A stretch of 64,000 nucleotides of DNA from an uncultured Candidatus Sumerlaeota bacterium (GTDB taxonomy: Bacteria; Sumerlaeota; Sumerlaeia; MVZB01): assembly GCA_964473105.1 (NCBI GenBank), contig CAYYNQ010000103.1, positions 17,021-81,020 of the forward strand, read 5' to 3'. Positions 1-10,022 of this stretch are shown here, piece after piece. Positions within the stretch are counted from its first letter, which is position 1. Every line of letters begins with the position of its first letter. The position numbers were made by a program, and so were the translations under genes. The notes beneath the pieces are model-generated. The model was not told the DNA's origin. It worked only from the letters and a program-made list of their open reading frames with translations, and did not search any database.

Positions 1-1
1 A

Positions 2-712
2 TTTGCTTCCGCGGTGACCGGAAGCCGTTCAGGGGCAGCCTCGCGTCAAGCTGCTTCCCGGCTCAGTGTGATTGCCGAGGTCAAAAAGGCGTCTCCAAGT
101 GTGGGAGTGATCCGCGAGGATTTCGATCCCGTGGGAGTTTCATGTTCATACGAAAATGGGGGAGCGGACTGTATCTCCTGCCTGACGGACACACCTTATT
201 TCCAGGGATCGATCGATTATCTTAGCCGGATCCGCAAAGCGGTTGCGCTGCCGATCCTGCGCAAGGATTTCATCCTCGATCCATGGCAGGTCTGGGAGGC
301 GCGCCACGCGGGTGCGGATGCGATTCTGCTGATCGTCGGGTTTGTCGAGACAGATATGCTGCAGCGAATCCGGGATACCGCAGCCGAGGCCGGGCTGGAC
401 GCCTTGGTTGAAATCCACCATGAAGATGAGTTGGATACGGCACTGCAATTGGATCCGGACGTGCTTGGGATCAACAATCGGAACCTTAGGACGGAAAACT
501 TCGTCACGAACATCAATACAACCCTTGATCTGGTATCACGCGTTCCCGGTCAACTGGCACTGATTTCGGAAAGTGGAATTCGAAATCGCGAGGATGTCGG
601 AAAGTTTCAGGCAGCCCGCCTGGATGGGATATTGGTCGGTGAGCACCTGATGAAGGAGCCCGACCCTGGTCGGGCCATCTATGAAAAGCTGGGTTTGGGT
701 CACGAGGGGTGA
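2..712 (+). CDS. trpC: Indole-3-glycerol phosphate synthase, 5' end cut by the window edge
   Basis: Signature VIAEVKKASPS plus the TIM-barrel pattern (LRKDFI, SESGI). The reading frame stays open back to position 2, so the N-terminus lies outside the window. Confidence 0.85.
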   Translation, partial: FASAVTGSRSGAASRQAASRLSVIAEVKKASPSVGVIREDFDPVGVSCSYENGGADCISCLTDTPYFQGSIDYLSRIRKAVALPILRKDFILDPWQVWEARHAGADAILLIVGFVETDMLQRIRDTAAEAGLDALVEIHHEDELDTALQLDPDVLGINNRNLRTENFVTNINTTLDLVSRVPGQLALISESGIRNREDVGKFQAARLDGILVGEHLMKEPDPGRAIYEKLGLGHEG

Positions 713-753
713 AGGTGTTGAACCCTTCGGAATGATCCAAGGATTAGACCGCT

Positions 754-1536
754 ATGTTTTCTCATTTGTCTAGTCCTGACCTCCTTTTTTATTCAATCCT
801 CTTGCTAGCAGGTTCGCTGTCTCTGATTATTGTGACCAAGTTGTTTGGACCATTGATTGGGAAAAGGACGCGGGGCCAAGATCCGGTGGGTGGAATCCAG
901 TTTCAGGATGTCGAGCGGATGCACGATAAGGGCCTGATCTCCGAGGAGGAATGCCGCAAACTGCGCAAGACGGTGGCTTGCTTGGAGGCCGATCGATTGA
1001 AGATGGCAGGCATGACAGAGGTCGAGGCTGATATCATTTCACGTGGAGTAATTGATCCAGAGGCCTTGCGTGAACTGATTCCCCCCGAGGAACAAGAGGG
1101 TGATAATGCAGTTGCGGGACGGATGAAATCTAGTTCATTGGTCGATACACGTCCCGCATCCGCCATGTCAATGCAGGGAGACGATGAGCTATTGGTTGCT
1201 GGAAAATCGTGCAGTATCCAAGATGGTCCTTCATTGCCGGTGTCAGGCCATATTGATGACAGTGTCTTAGTTGATCCACTTGGAGGTATTTCGGAAGATG
1301 CCGGGCCGGTGCTTGAACGACTTTGTCCTTCAGATATACAACCAGCCCGCCCGTCCATGAACATGCCGCGGGTTATTCAGGAAAAGAATAGATGGCGTCA
1401 GGAGGAATCGGGTCAATCGGTGACAGAGCGAAGCCAGTCAGGGGAGGATGATTTGGACATCGAAGCGATGTATAAGCGTGGCGCGATTACTGACGATGAA
1501 TATATGAAATTGAAACGGTATTTCAAAGATTCGTGA
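754..1536 (+). CDS. Membrane-anchored protein with two SHOCT-like motifs
   Basis: N-terminal hydrophobic helix. Two K-G-L/A-I-S/T-EEE-x-KL-K/R motifs (MHDKGLISEEECRKLRK and MYKRGAITDDEYMKLKRYF) flank an acidic low-complexity middle. Confidence 0.55.
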   Translation: MFSHLSSPDLLFYSILLLAGSLSLIIVTKLFGPLIGKRTRGQDPVGGIQFQDVERMHDKGLISEEECRKLRKTVACLEADRLKMAGMTEVEADIISRGVIDPEALRELIPPEEQEGDNAVAGRMKSSSLVDTRPASAMSMQGDDELLVAGKSCSIQDGPSLPVSGHIDDSVLVDPLGGISEDAGPVLERLCPSDIQPARPSMNMPRVIQEKNRWRQEESGQSVTERSQSGEDDLDIEAMYKRGAITDDEYMKLKRYFKDS

Positions 1537-2200
1537 ACTGGGCGGGTGTCTGGAACCTATTCGGTAGTTCATCCATGCTGTCGATTAAATCCCCTGCTTT
1601 TTCCTGCTCGAAGCTTTTACGTGTCATCTGTCCCCAAGTGACTCCGATGAACCGGACCCCGGCCCCCTTGGCCGTCTTTAGATCATTGATGCCGTCGCCG
1701 ACCATGACTGCCTCTGCGGGTTGAACCTGGAAATGGCGGAGAATCCGGTCTAGGGATGCGGGATTTGGTTTGCGGGGTTCACCCGGGACCTCGCCCCATA
1801 TCCCATCTACCCTGTCTGTGAGTTTCATCCGGTCACAGGTGGCGCGCGCAGGACCGATAGGCTTGTTTGTAAGGATGGCCTGTGTAATTCCAAATCCGCG
1901 GACCTTTTCCAGTATGTCTATGACATTCGGGTAAAGTTGCATCTGGTCACCAGGGTGCCTCTCATAATGATCAAGGTATTCAGGATGGATTTCATCAAAG
2001 AGGTGAAGTTCATCAGGCCCGAGGCAGCGGCGAATCAGCATCCTGACCCCATCACCGACAGCAGATCGTACTTTTTCGAACGCTACTGGTTTGAGCCCGT
2101 ATTTCACAAAGACTGTGTTCAGGTTCGACCAAATATCCCTGAATGCATCCACAAGTGTCCCATCGAGATCGTATACAACAATACGAGGTGGAAAAATCAT
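1523..2200 (-). CDS. HAD-superfamily phosphatase (phosphoglycolate phosphatase-like)
   Basis: Motif I VVYDLDGTLVD, a TNK motif, and motif IV GDGINDLKTAKGAG. Confidence 0.85.
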   Translation of the reverse strand: MIFPPRIVVYDLDGTLVDAFRDIWSNLNTVFVKYGLKPVAFEKVRSAVGDGVRMLIRRCLGPDELHLFDEIHPEYLDHYERHPGDQMQLYPNVIDILEKVRGFGITQAILTNKPIGPARATCDRMKLTDRVDGIWGEVPGEPRKPNPASLDRILRHFQVQPAEAVMVGDGINDLKTAKGAGVRFIGVTWGQMTRKSFEQEKAGDLIDSMDELPNRFQTPAQFTNL

Positions 2201-2499
2201 GGTGCGGTTCCTTTATGTGTATCGTGACCTATCAGGTTACCCATGAACCAGCTAGCCATCTTATCAGTCGTGGAGCCCATTGCCCAACAATGGCCCTTTA
2301 CGATCATGCCGTCCAGCGCGGTATTTATGGTCCGGTGCCTGTCGCACTTCGTTCCGGTTTCCAGGCCGGGAAAATTACAGATGGAAAATGGGTCCTGGAT
2401 ATTGTCCTGCATGTGCATTTTCCTCAGAAGGCTATGCCTCTCGATGATATCGTGACGTGTTTCCCCCAAGGAAAACGGTAAGGGGCATCTTAACCCCAT
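2197..2499 (-). CDS. Hypothetical small Cys/His-rich protein, 4-bp start/stop overlap with the HAD phosphatase
   Basis: 100 aa ORF whose stop overlaps the HAD start by 4 bp (ATGA). Contains several Cys/His (CPLP, CNFP, CDRH, GHCW). No family recognised. Confidence 0.35.
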   Translation of the reverse strand: MGLRCPLPFSLGETRHDIIERHSLLRKMHMQDNIQDPFSICNFPGLETGTKCDRHRTINTALDGMIVKGHCWAMGSTTDKMASWFMGNLIGHDTHKGTAP

Positions 2500-2721
2500 C
2501 TCAGAATTTAAACAATGGGTGCATGATACAATGGAGTGGCGCTATTGATGTTTTCATGCCCGATCGGGCCCGTATGGATTTTCAATGACCATGATCACAG
2601 TGACGAGAACACTTCCTGACTTTACAAGACATGATTCGCCGGGCCCGGTTATATGCACGAACATTGCCATTCCAGGGGGGATCTGTTTTAATGTGCCTCC
2701 ACATTTATTCGAGGGTCGGCC

Positions 2722-4287
2722 ATGAAGATCGTGACTGTTGAACAGATGCGTCGGATCGAGTATATCACGATCCATGAACGTGGAATTCCGGGATCGGTCC
2801 TGATGGATCGGGCAGGTCGTGCCGTTGTGCGTGAGGCGATGGGACGTTTTGAGCCGGGCAAGGTGGCGATCGTGACGGGTAAGGGCAACAACGCCGGCGA
2901 TGGTTTTGTCGTCGCGAGGGAATTATCGCGTCTCGGGGTGACCGCGACGCTTCTGCACCTGAGTCCCCCAGGTGATCTTTCCGGAGATGCGTTGGATGCC
3001 TGGAAACAGGTTCCCGAAGATGTTCAGCGCCTGTCCGCCCCGGACCCGTGTGCTTTCTACGAGCAGCTGATCGACCACGATCTGGTTATCGATGCAATCC
3101 TTGGAACGGGTCTTAGGGGAAGCGTTGTCGAGCCCTGGTCGCAGTATATTCAGTCCATCAATACCTGTCGGAGACATGTTTTGTCGGTTGATATACCATC
3201 GGGTCTTCCGGGTGACGGTTTCAGTGAAATGAGCAGGGACGCGGCACCGCCGTGTGTCCAGGCAACCCTCACCGTCGCAATCGGGTTGCCCAAGATCGGC
3301 ATGATGAGCAACCCGGGAATTCGCCTGACAGGAACGGTGGTGGTTGATGATATCGGGTTTCCAGATGACCTGTTGGACGATGATGCAATCAAGACAAACC
3401 TCTTGACATTGGAAGGGGCCGCCCGGTTGTTGCCGGCACGCAGGCCGGACGGCCACAAGGGGGTATTTGGACGTTTGATGATACTGGCCGGGAGTGAAGG
3501 TATGACGGGGGCGGCGGTTCTTTCCGCCCGGGCCGCGACCCGGTCGGGCGTGGGGCTGGTTTACAGCATGTACCCGGCGCCGCTAGGGGGGATTATGGAG
3601 AGCCATTTGGTTGAACCGGTCAAGTTGCCACTTGAGTCGACTTGTCCCTGGTTTGTCAGGGGGCATTCGGTTCCGGTTCTGGAGGCCACGCTGGGGATGG
3701 ATGCAGTCGCGATCGGGCCGGGAATCGGCACACGTGACGAAACAGGGAATTTCCTCTTCGATATTGTGAAGGGTGTCACTTCATCCCTTGTAATCGATGC
3801 GGACGGATTGAACCTGCTTGTGGGCAGGTCGTTACGCTTGAAGGAAAGAGAAGCCCCCTGTATCCTCACTCCACACCCCGGTGAAGCGGCGCGCCTGCTG
3901 CATTGCTCCGTAGAGAATGTGGAAAATGACCGATTGAATGCCAGCTGGGAGTTATGCGCGGCGCAGCAGGCTGTGGTTGTTCTAAAAGGGGGACTGACGC
4001 TTATCACGACTCCAGAGGGCCAGTCCTACTTTAATCCGACCGGAAATAGCGGACTGGCAAAAGGAGGGAGCGGTGATGTCCTGACAGGCCTTGTTTCGGG
4101 GTTGCTTGCCCAAGGGATTGGGGGGGTATCAGCAGCCTGCTTGGGGGTATTTCTGCATGGGCTGGCGGCCGATATTGCATTGAAGAAAATGAGCAGTCGG
4201 GCAATGTTGCCTTCGGATGTGATCGAGGCGCTAGGCCCGGCATTTCTGAGGCTTGAAGATATAGGGAAGTCATCACGCATGTTCTGA
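2722..4287 (+). CDS. nnr: Bifunctional NAD(P)H-hydrate repair enzyme (epimerase + ADP-dependent dehydratase)
   Basis: YjeF-N motif GKGNNAGDGFVVAREL. C-terminal carbohydrate-kinase domain with VLKGG...GGSGDVLTGLVSGLLAQG. Confidence 0.9.
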   Translation: MKIVTVEQMRRIEYITIHERGIPGSVLMDRAGRAVVREAMGRFEPGKVAIVTGKGNNAGDGFVVARELSRLGVTATLLHLSPPGDLSGDALDAWKQVPEDVQRLSAPDPCAFYEQLIDHDLVIDAILGTGLRGSVVEPWSQYIQSINTCRRHVLSVDIPSGLPGDGFSEMSRDAAPPCVQATLTVAIGLPKIGMMSNPGIRLTGTVVVDDIGFPDDLLDDDAIKTNLLTLEGAARLLPARRPDGHKGVFGRLMILAGSEGMTGAAVLSARAATRSGVGLVYSMYPAPLGGIMESHLVEPVKLPLESTCPWFVRGHSVPVLEATLGMDAVAIGPGIGTRDETGNFLFDIVKGVTSSLVIDADGLNLLVGRSLRLKEREAPCILTPHPGEAARLLHCSVENVENDRLNASWELCAAQQAVVVLKGGLTLITTPEGQSYFNPTGNSGLAKGGSGDVLTGLVSGLLAQGIGGVSAACLGVFLHGLAADIALKKMSSRAMLPSDVIEALGPAFLRLEDIGKSSRMF

Positions 4288-4289
4288 AT

Positions 4290-5501
4290 ATGTTCCTGCC
4301 TGCGATTGATCCTGAGATGCCAAACAAAGGTGTAAAGAAATTGAATGCCATTGCCAACATGGGGGGGGTTTATATTCACTGGCCGTTCTGCGAACGCAAG
4401 TGCCCCTATTGTGATTTTCATACCTTTGGAGCGGAACACCCGAATTCGGGCTTTGCCGCTTCATACCATGCAGCTTTGATCCGGGACATTGAAAGCCTCG
4501 GTGAATTTTTGGGTTGGGATGAACCGGCGCGGGTTGACACGATATATTTCGGCGGCGGAACGCCCGGCCTGATGGGGGCGCGATTTCTTGAGAGTCTGAT
4601 GCGTTCGCTGGAACAGGTATTCAGAGTTGAGGCAGGGCCCGAGATAACGATCGAGATCAACCCGGTCTCAGCTGAAATCATCGGTCTTGATGGAATGCTG
4701 GCAAGCGGCATCAATCGCGTCAGCATCGGATGCCAATCATTCAACGACCGGTTGCTTGGGCAGCTGGGCCGTCTTCATGATGGCATTACCACGCGCCGAT
4801 CCCTCGATCATATTTGTAGCCTTGGATTAGGGAATATTTCCATGGATCTAATGTTCGGTGTTCCGACCCAGACCCCCGATGAATTTCTTGATGATCTTGA
4901 AATTCTGCTGTCGTATCAACCCGAACATATCTCGGCTTACAATCTGACAGTCCATGAAGATACGCCGTTTGGTCATCGGCATAGGGAGGGAAAGTTGTGT
5001 CTTCCGAATGAATCGGAACAGGTTATCATGTTCGAGACATTGATGGACAGGCTTGATGAAGCGGGTTACGAGCATTATGAAGTATCGAATTGGTGCCGTT
5101 CCGGAATGCAGAGCCGTCACAACTCAAAATACTGGAGCGAGTGCAACCTGTTTGCCGCCGGCATATCCGCGCGGGGTGTGTATAATGGCATGCGTTATGA
5201 GGTCCTCGCAGATCTGAAGAAATACATCGATTATGGCGCAACGGAGATCAGGGGGGGGCTGGATGCACCGGTGGGTGATCGATCCAGAGAGGGTGAAATC
5301 ATGATGCTTGCAATGAGGCGTGTCAAGGGTGTCAGCTGGAAGGAACTGGCGGCGTGGTCGGGATGTGATATAAGGGAATACTATCGGACTGAACTGAAAC
5401 ATCTGGTTGAAGAAAACTTGGTCGAAACCAGCATGGTTGGAATCAGGCCTACCCGGCAGGGTATCCTGATGAATGACAGTGTTGCACTAAGGTTCTTCTG
5501 A
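4290..5501 (+). CDS. hemW: Radical SAM heme chaperone / HemN-like oxygen-independent coproporphyrinogen oxidase family
   Basis: YIHWPFCERKCPYCDF (CxxxCxxC radical-SAM cluster motif). Length near 380 aa with a HemN-C-like tail. Confidence 0.85.
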   Translation: MFLPAIDPEMPNKGVKKLNAIANMGGVYIHWPFCERKCPYCDFHTFGAEHPNSGFAASYHAALIRDIESLGEFLGWDEPARVDTIYFGGGTPGLMGARFLESLMRSLEQVFRVEAGPEITIEINPVSAEIIGLDGMLASGINRVSIGCQSFNDRLLGQLGRLHDGITTRRSLDHICSLGLGNISMDLMFGVPTQTPDEFLDDLEILLSYQPEHISAYNLTVHEDTPFGHRHREGKLCLPNESEQVIMFETLMDRLDEAGYEHYEVSNWCRSGMQSRHNSKYWSECNLFAAGISARGVYNGMRYEVLADLKKYIDYGATEIRGGLDAPVGDRSREGEIMMLAMRRVKGVSWKELAAWSGCDIREYYRTELKHLVEENLVETSMVGIRPTRQGILMNDSVALRFF

Positions 5502-5981
5502 GTGGAAATTCTATCATGACACATGCAGGCTTGGGGTCACCCCTTTTGGGATTTCCAATTCTTTTGGCCCATTCAGATCCTTGGCCGCCTTTGTTTATCC
5601 CGGAAGAAGGAAATCTTAGGGTGAGCAACATGGATAGGTGTATGTTCTGTCCATCTGGCTCTAACGGTTGGGGATTATTTCCCGGAAGCCACGCTGGACT
5701 GATTCGCTTCAGGATAGTTATGGCGTAGGCCAAGCGGAAGGCTTATTCAGGATTCAAGAGCACGATACTGCAAATGTGGATGTTGGGTTACGATCCGGGT
5801 TCTCCGGATTGAAGTCGTTTTTTTTAAGCTGATGATGTTATTCTGTTTAACGCGTCTTTGTGTTAAAAAGACGTCCGTGACTGAAGAGACAGGGCTGTCC
5901 AAACATTATTCTCGTTCCCGGTTTCATGATGACCTGTGTATTCATGGCCCGATCGTGTATCGGTCAAAGGACGAATCAAAA

Positions 5982-6814
5982 ATGGATCGACTCCAGGGTT
6001 TTCTGGGCATGGCTGTTTTGCTGGGTATTGCATTTCTGCTTTCGAATAATCGGGCACGAATCAACTGGAAGACGATTATTATAGGCGTTGGACTTCAAAT
6101 TATGCTGGGGGTTGTGCTGCTGAAAATGGGCCCAGTCTCGAGGGCCTTCCGTCTGCTTGCCGCCAAGGTTGAGGAATTTTTGCGGATGTCTGACCAAGGG
6201 GCGAATTTTGTCTTCGGACCGCTGGTTGACTCTGTCATGCTGTCCAAACTGATCGTGTCGGCACAGAACAATGAATGGGTTCAACAGGTAGACTTTACAG
6301 GCGCAGAACTGGGCATGGGTTTCGTGTTTGCTTTCAAGGTCCTTCCAACTATTATTTTCTTTTCAGCGTTCATATCCGTGATGTATTACTTGGGGGTGAT
6401 TCAGCACTTGATACGTGGTGTTGCGTGGATGATGAGGAAAACGATGGGAACCAGCGGCAGTGAGACACTCTCCTGTTCAGGAAACATCTTTGTAGGACAG
6501 ACCGAGGGTTCGCTTCTGATTAGGCCCTATCTGGGCAAGATGACCCAGTCCGAGTTGTGTACAGTGATGTGTGGAGGCTTTGCCACAATTGCCGGAGGTG
6601 TGATGGCGGGGGTTTGGATGAAAAATCCGTGATTATTGCAACATATGCCTTTTGTGGGTTTGCGAATTTTGCGTCGATTGGGATCCAGATCGGCGGGATC
6701 AGTGTTCTGGCCCCGAATCGGCGACAAGACCTTTCAAAATTGGCGCTGAAGGCAATGCTAGGCGGTGCCCTTGCATCGTGGATGACGGCAACGATTTCCG
6801 GGATGCTGATGTGA
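5982..6814 (+). pseudogene. nupC: NupC-family concentrative nucleoside transporter, disrupted by a frameshift and an internal deletion of ~150 aa
   Basis: The N-terminal ~215 aa (MDRLQGFLGMAVLLGIAFLLSNNRARINWKTIII...GGFATIAGGVMAG) read in one frame and stop at 6632. The conserved C-terminus (ATYAFCGFANFASIGIQIGGI...) continues in another frame (6557..6814). The gate/middle domain is missing compared with E. coli NupC. Confidence 0.7.
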
Positions 6815-6949
6815 TCTTCCTGAAGCAGGGATGACTTTTGTTCTCGGCCCGTTTACGGTGGAATCCAGGATCCCCAGACTTTGGATTCGAACCTCAAGAA
6901 AAAATCGGCACTGTCATCATTGCGGAGACGATATCGAAAGGTTGGAGAC

Positions 6950-8305
6950 ATGACGGAAACATCCATGCTTAAAGTTCAGATGCCAGCTTGTGATTACCAG
7001 CCTCCGCAATATACTGGCCCGAGCCGCGAGGATGTCTTGACGATGAGACAACAGTATGCCAACCCGGCTATATTCACCCTCTACAGCGAACCACTGATGA
7101 TTGTTGATGGTTATATGCAGTGGATGTTCGATGAGACAGGTCGACGCTACCTGGACCTGTTTGCTGGAATCGTGACCGTTTCGTGTGGGCACTGCCATCC
7201 AAAGGTGGTCCAGGCTATCAGGGGTCAAATGGACCGTATCCAACACATGACAACGATCTACCTACATCCGAATATGGCGACATACGCAAAAAAACTCGCG
7301 TCAAAACTTCCGAATGGACTGGATGTCATTTACTTCGTCAACAGTGGCAGCGAGGCCAATGACCTTGCTATCACAATGGCACGCCTCTACACAGGGCATT
7401 GGGATGTCATCGCACTGCAGAACGGTTACCACGGAGGCTCCTACAGTACGATGGGCCTAACTTCACTGTATACTTGGAAGTACCCGATGCCGCAGTCACC
7501 GGGGATCCATCACGCACCCAATCCAGACCCATACCGGTCACCTTTCCAAGGCACGCCGGATGCAATCGCACATATAGCCGCTGAGGAGATTCATCAGATC
7601 ATACGGTATAGCACGCCGGGTCGTGTTGCGGCATATATCGGCGAGCCGCTTCAGGGAGTTGGCGGTGTCACCGGCAGTGCCGATAATTACATAGCAGAGG
7701 TCTATGAAATCACGCGCCGCCACGGTGGATTATGCATTTCTGATGAAGTACAGACGGGCTTTGGCCGGACGGGTGATCATTACTGGGGGTTCCAGAATTG
7801 GGGTGTTGTCCCGGATATTGTGACGATGGCCAAGGGGATCGGAAACGGAGTGCCGCTGGGTGCGGTAGCGACACGAATGGATGTTGCGGAGGTCCTCAGC
7901 CAGCGCACACATTTCAACACGTTTGGCGGAAATCCCGTATGTATGGCAGCCGGTGAAGCAGTAATTGACATTATCGATGAAGAGGGTTTACAGGAGAACA
8001 GCCGGATTGTTGGCACCTATTTCAAGGCCGGTTTGGAGAAACTGATGGATCGTCATCGGTTGATTGGGGATGTCCGTGGTATGGGTTTGATGCTTGGGGT
8101 TGAGTTGGTCCGCGACCGAGATACGAAGGAGCCAGCAAGGGAGGAAACCTTGGATGTGTTGGAGCATGCACGCGAGATGGGAGTGCTGATTGGGAAGGGT
8201 GGACTGTTCGGCAACATTCTACGGATCAAGCCGCCGATGTGCATTACACGGGAGGATGCAGAATTCGCATTGGAAGTTCTTGACAAGGTATTCGCGCGGA
8301 CATGA
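6950..8305 (+). CDS. Class-III aminotransferase, AGXT2-like (beta-alanine / 3-aminoisobutyrate : pyruvate or alanine-glyoxylate aminotransferase 2 type)
   Basis: Near-collinear with animal AGXT2: MPACDYQPPQYTG...GIVTVSCGHCHPKV...NSGSEANDLA...DEVQTGFGRTGDHYWGF...VPDIVTMAKGIGNG...HFNTFGGNP. The start is probably the internal Met at 6950; the ORF is open from 6881. Confidence 0.85.
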   Translation: MTETSMLKVQMPACDYQPPQYTGPSREDVLTMRQQYANPAIFTLYSEPLMIVDGYMQWMFDETGRRYLDLFAGIVTVSCGHCHPKVVQAIRGQMDRIQHMTTIYLHPNMATYAKKLASKLPNGLDVIYFVNSGSEANDLAITMARLYTGHWDVIALQNGYHGGSYSTMGLTSLYTWKYPMPQSPGIHHAPNPDPYRSPFQGTPDAIAHIAAEEIHQIIRYSTPGRVAAYIGEPLQGVGGVTGSADNYIAEVYEITRRHGGLCISDEVQTGFGRTGDHYWGFQNWGVVPDIVTMAKGIGNGVPLGAVATRMDVAEVLSQRTHFNTFGGNPVCMAAGEAVIDIIDEEGLQENSRIVGTYFKAGLEKLMDRHRLIGDVRGMGLMLGVELVRDRDTKEPAREETLDVLEHAREMGVLIGKGGLFGNILRIKPPMCITREDAEFALEVLDKVFART

Positions 8306-8340
8306 ACTACATGACGGTGTCATTAGAAATGAGTTAAACA

Positions 8341-9834
8341 ATGGACCGATATAACAGGGTGGGTTCAGCATCTGAGCCTGGAAAAATATTATCTAATTAC
8401 ATCAATGGCCGTAGAATATCATCGAAAACAACGCGGGTACTTCCACTTCATTCCCCAGGGTCAGGCAGAATAATTGCGGAGGTCCCGCTATCTACCGATC
8501 TGGATCTTGAAGAGGCGGTCCGGACAGCACCCTTGGCTCAACTGAAATGGGGCGAGCAGACGTTCAGGGACCGCGCCCAGGTTCTGTTCCGGAGAAAATC
8601 GCTGATCGAATCTAGGATCGATGAGCTGGCTACGGTGGTCAGCTTGGAAAACGGGAAGACGCTGGAGGAGTCGCAGGCCAGTATCCTTCGTGGGATCGAG
8701 TGCATTGAATTCGCGACCAGTCTTCCACAGCTTTCACCCGGCAGGGTACTTCAAGTCGGTCGCGGGGTTGAATGCAAACTGGTCAGATATCCGCTTGGGG
8801 TCGTGGCGGGAATCACACCGTTCAACTTCCCATTCATGGTTCCGTTGTGGATGGCGCCAATGGCTATCGGTCTTGGCAATGCTTTCATCCTGAAGCCCTC
8901 GGAACAGACCCCATTGTCTGCAATGGAGTTGGCAAATATTTTCGGGGAGGCCGGATTGCCTGATGGCTTGTTCTCAGTTGTCCATGGTGACCGCGAAGTG
9001 GTCGAGGCACTTTGTGACCATTCGCAAATCAAGGCCTTGGGTTTTGTGGGTTCCAGCCGTGTTGGGCGGCTTGTCTACACACGCGGCACTGCATCCGGAA
9101 AGCAGGTGCGTGCGATGGGTGGTGCCAAGAATCACCTGATTGTGGTTCCCGATGCCGAACCTGAGATGACGTCAGACAATGTGGTTGCGTCTGTTGTTGG
9201 ATGCGCAGGTCAGCGGTGTATGGCTGCCAGCGTGATGCTGGCAGTCGGCGATGTGGATCACATCGTGGAGAAGATTCACAAAAAAATGGGTCATGTCGTC
9301 GCGGGCAGTGATATTGGGGCCGTAATCAGCAGTCAGGCGAGAGATCGGATTGTGGGTTATCTTGAACGGGCTGAAAAAAAAGGTGCAAAACTTACGTTAG
9401 ACGGTCGAGAACTTGTCGCCGCCGATGCCCCAAGCGGCGGATATTACATCGGCCCGTCAATTATCGACCACGCATTTCCCGAACATGAGGCCTCTTGTGA
9501 AGAAATATTCGGTCCGACACTGACCATTATACGGTGTGAGACACTGGATAAGGCCCTCGAGATCGAGAACAACAGCCACTATGGTAATGCGGCATCGATA
9601 TACACGAGCGACGGGAGGGTTGCGCAGCATTTTTCCGAGAATGCCAATTCCGGTATGTTGGGCGTTAATATAGGCGTCCCGGTACCGAGGGAACCGTTCC
9701 CGTTCGGCGGGTGGAACGCGAGCGCCTTTGGTGACGGCGATATATCCGGTGCGGGTGCGATAGACTTTTGGACGCGTGCGAAGAAAATCACGACCAAATG
9801 GTCGGATGAATTCAGGAGGGACTGGAGTAGCTGA
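8341..9834 (+). CDS. mmsA: CoA-acylating methylmalonate-semialdehyde / malonate-semialdehyde dehydrogenase
   Basis: ALDH fold with the MMSDH-typical ITPFNFPFMVPLWM and catalytic GQRCMA. Begins 36 bp after the aminotransferase. Confidence 0.85.
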   Translation: MDRYNRVGSASEPGKILSNYINGRRISSKTTRVLPLHSPGSGRIIAEVPLSTDLDLEEAVRTAPLAQLKWGEQTFRDRAQVLFRRKSLIESRIDELATVVSLENGKTLEESQASILRGIECIEFATSLPQLSPGRVLQVGRGVECKLVRYPLGVVAGITPFNFPFMVPLWMAPMAIGLGNAFILKPSEQTPLSAMELANIFGEAGLPDGLFSVVHGDREVVEALCDHSQIKALGFVGSSRVGRLVYTRGTASGKQVRAMGGAKNHLIVVPDAEPEMTSDNVVASVVGCAGQRCMAASVMLAVGDVDHIVEKIHKKMGHVVAGSDIGAVISSQARDRIVGYLERAEKKGAKLTLDGRELVAADAPSGGYYIGPSIIDHAFPEHEASCEEIFGPTLTIIRCETLDKALEIENNSHYGNAASIYTSDGRVAQHFSENANSGMLGVNIGVPVPREPFPFGGWNASAFGDGDISGAGAIDFWTRAKKITTKWSDEFRRDWSS

Positions 9835-10022
9835 TGCAACTGCCTCCGCTCACCCTGAGGGCTGGCCAGTTAACGTCAGCCATGCGCCATGGGATGGAAA
9901 CCGGTTGTCTACAAGCGGGGTCATAATGACTTCGTTGATGCAGTGATGCCGTCCTGGGCGATTACAGCCGTCCGGATCAGCACTTGGGAGACCTAGGATG
10001 AAAGCCCAGATTTGAATCGTGT

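Noticed and set aside
2143-2481. 112 aa plus-strand ORF overlapping the HAD gene start
   Set aside because: Overlaps the 5' end of the well-supported HAD phosphatase on the opposite strand. The minus-strand 100 aa ORF with the ATGA stop/start overlap is the more plausible of the two.
5533-5547. Short hairpin GGGG-TCA-CCCC followed by TTTT, 30 bp after hemW; possible intrinsic terminator
   Set aside because: Only a 4-bp stem with a short T-run, so it is weak. Not reported as a feature.
5700-5830. tRNA-Ser/Leu-like D-loop string (GGCCAAGCGGAAGGC) and a hairpin plus T-run near 5790-5828
   Set aside because: No complementary 3' acceptor strand, no T-arm GTTCGAATC-type sequence, and the spacing does not fit a cloverleaf. 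Probably chance similarity in an intergenic region.
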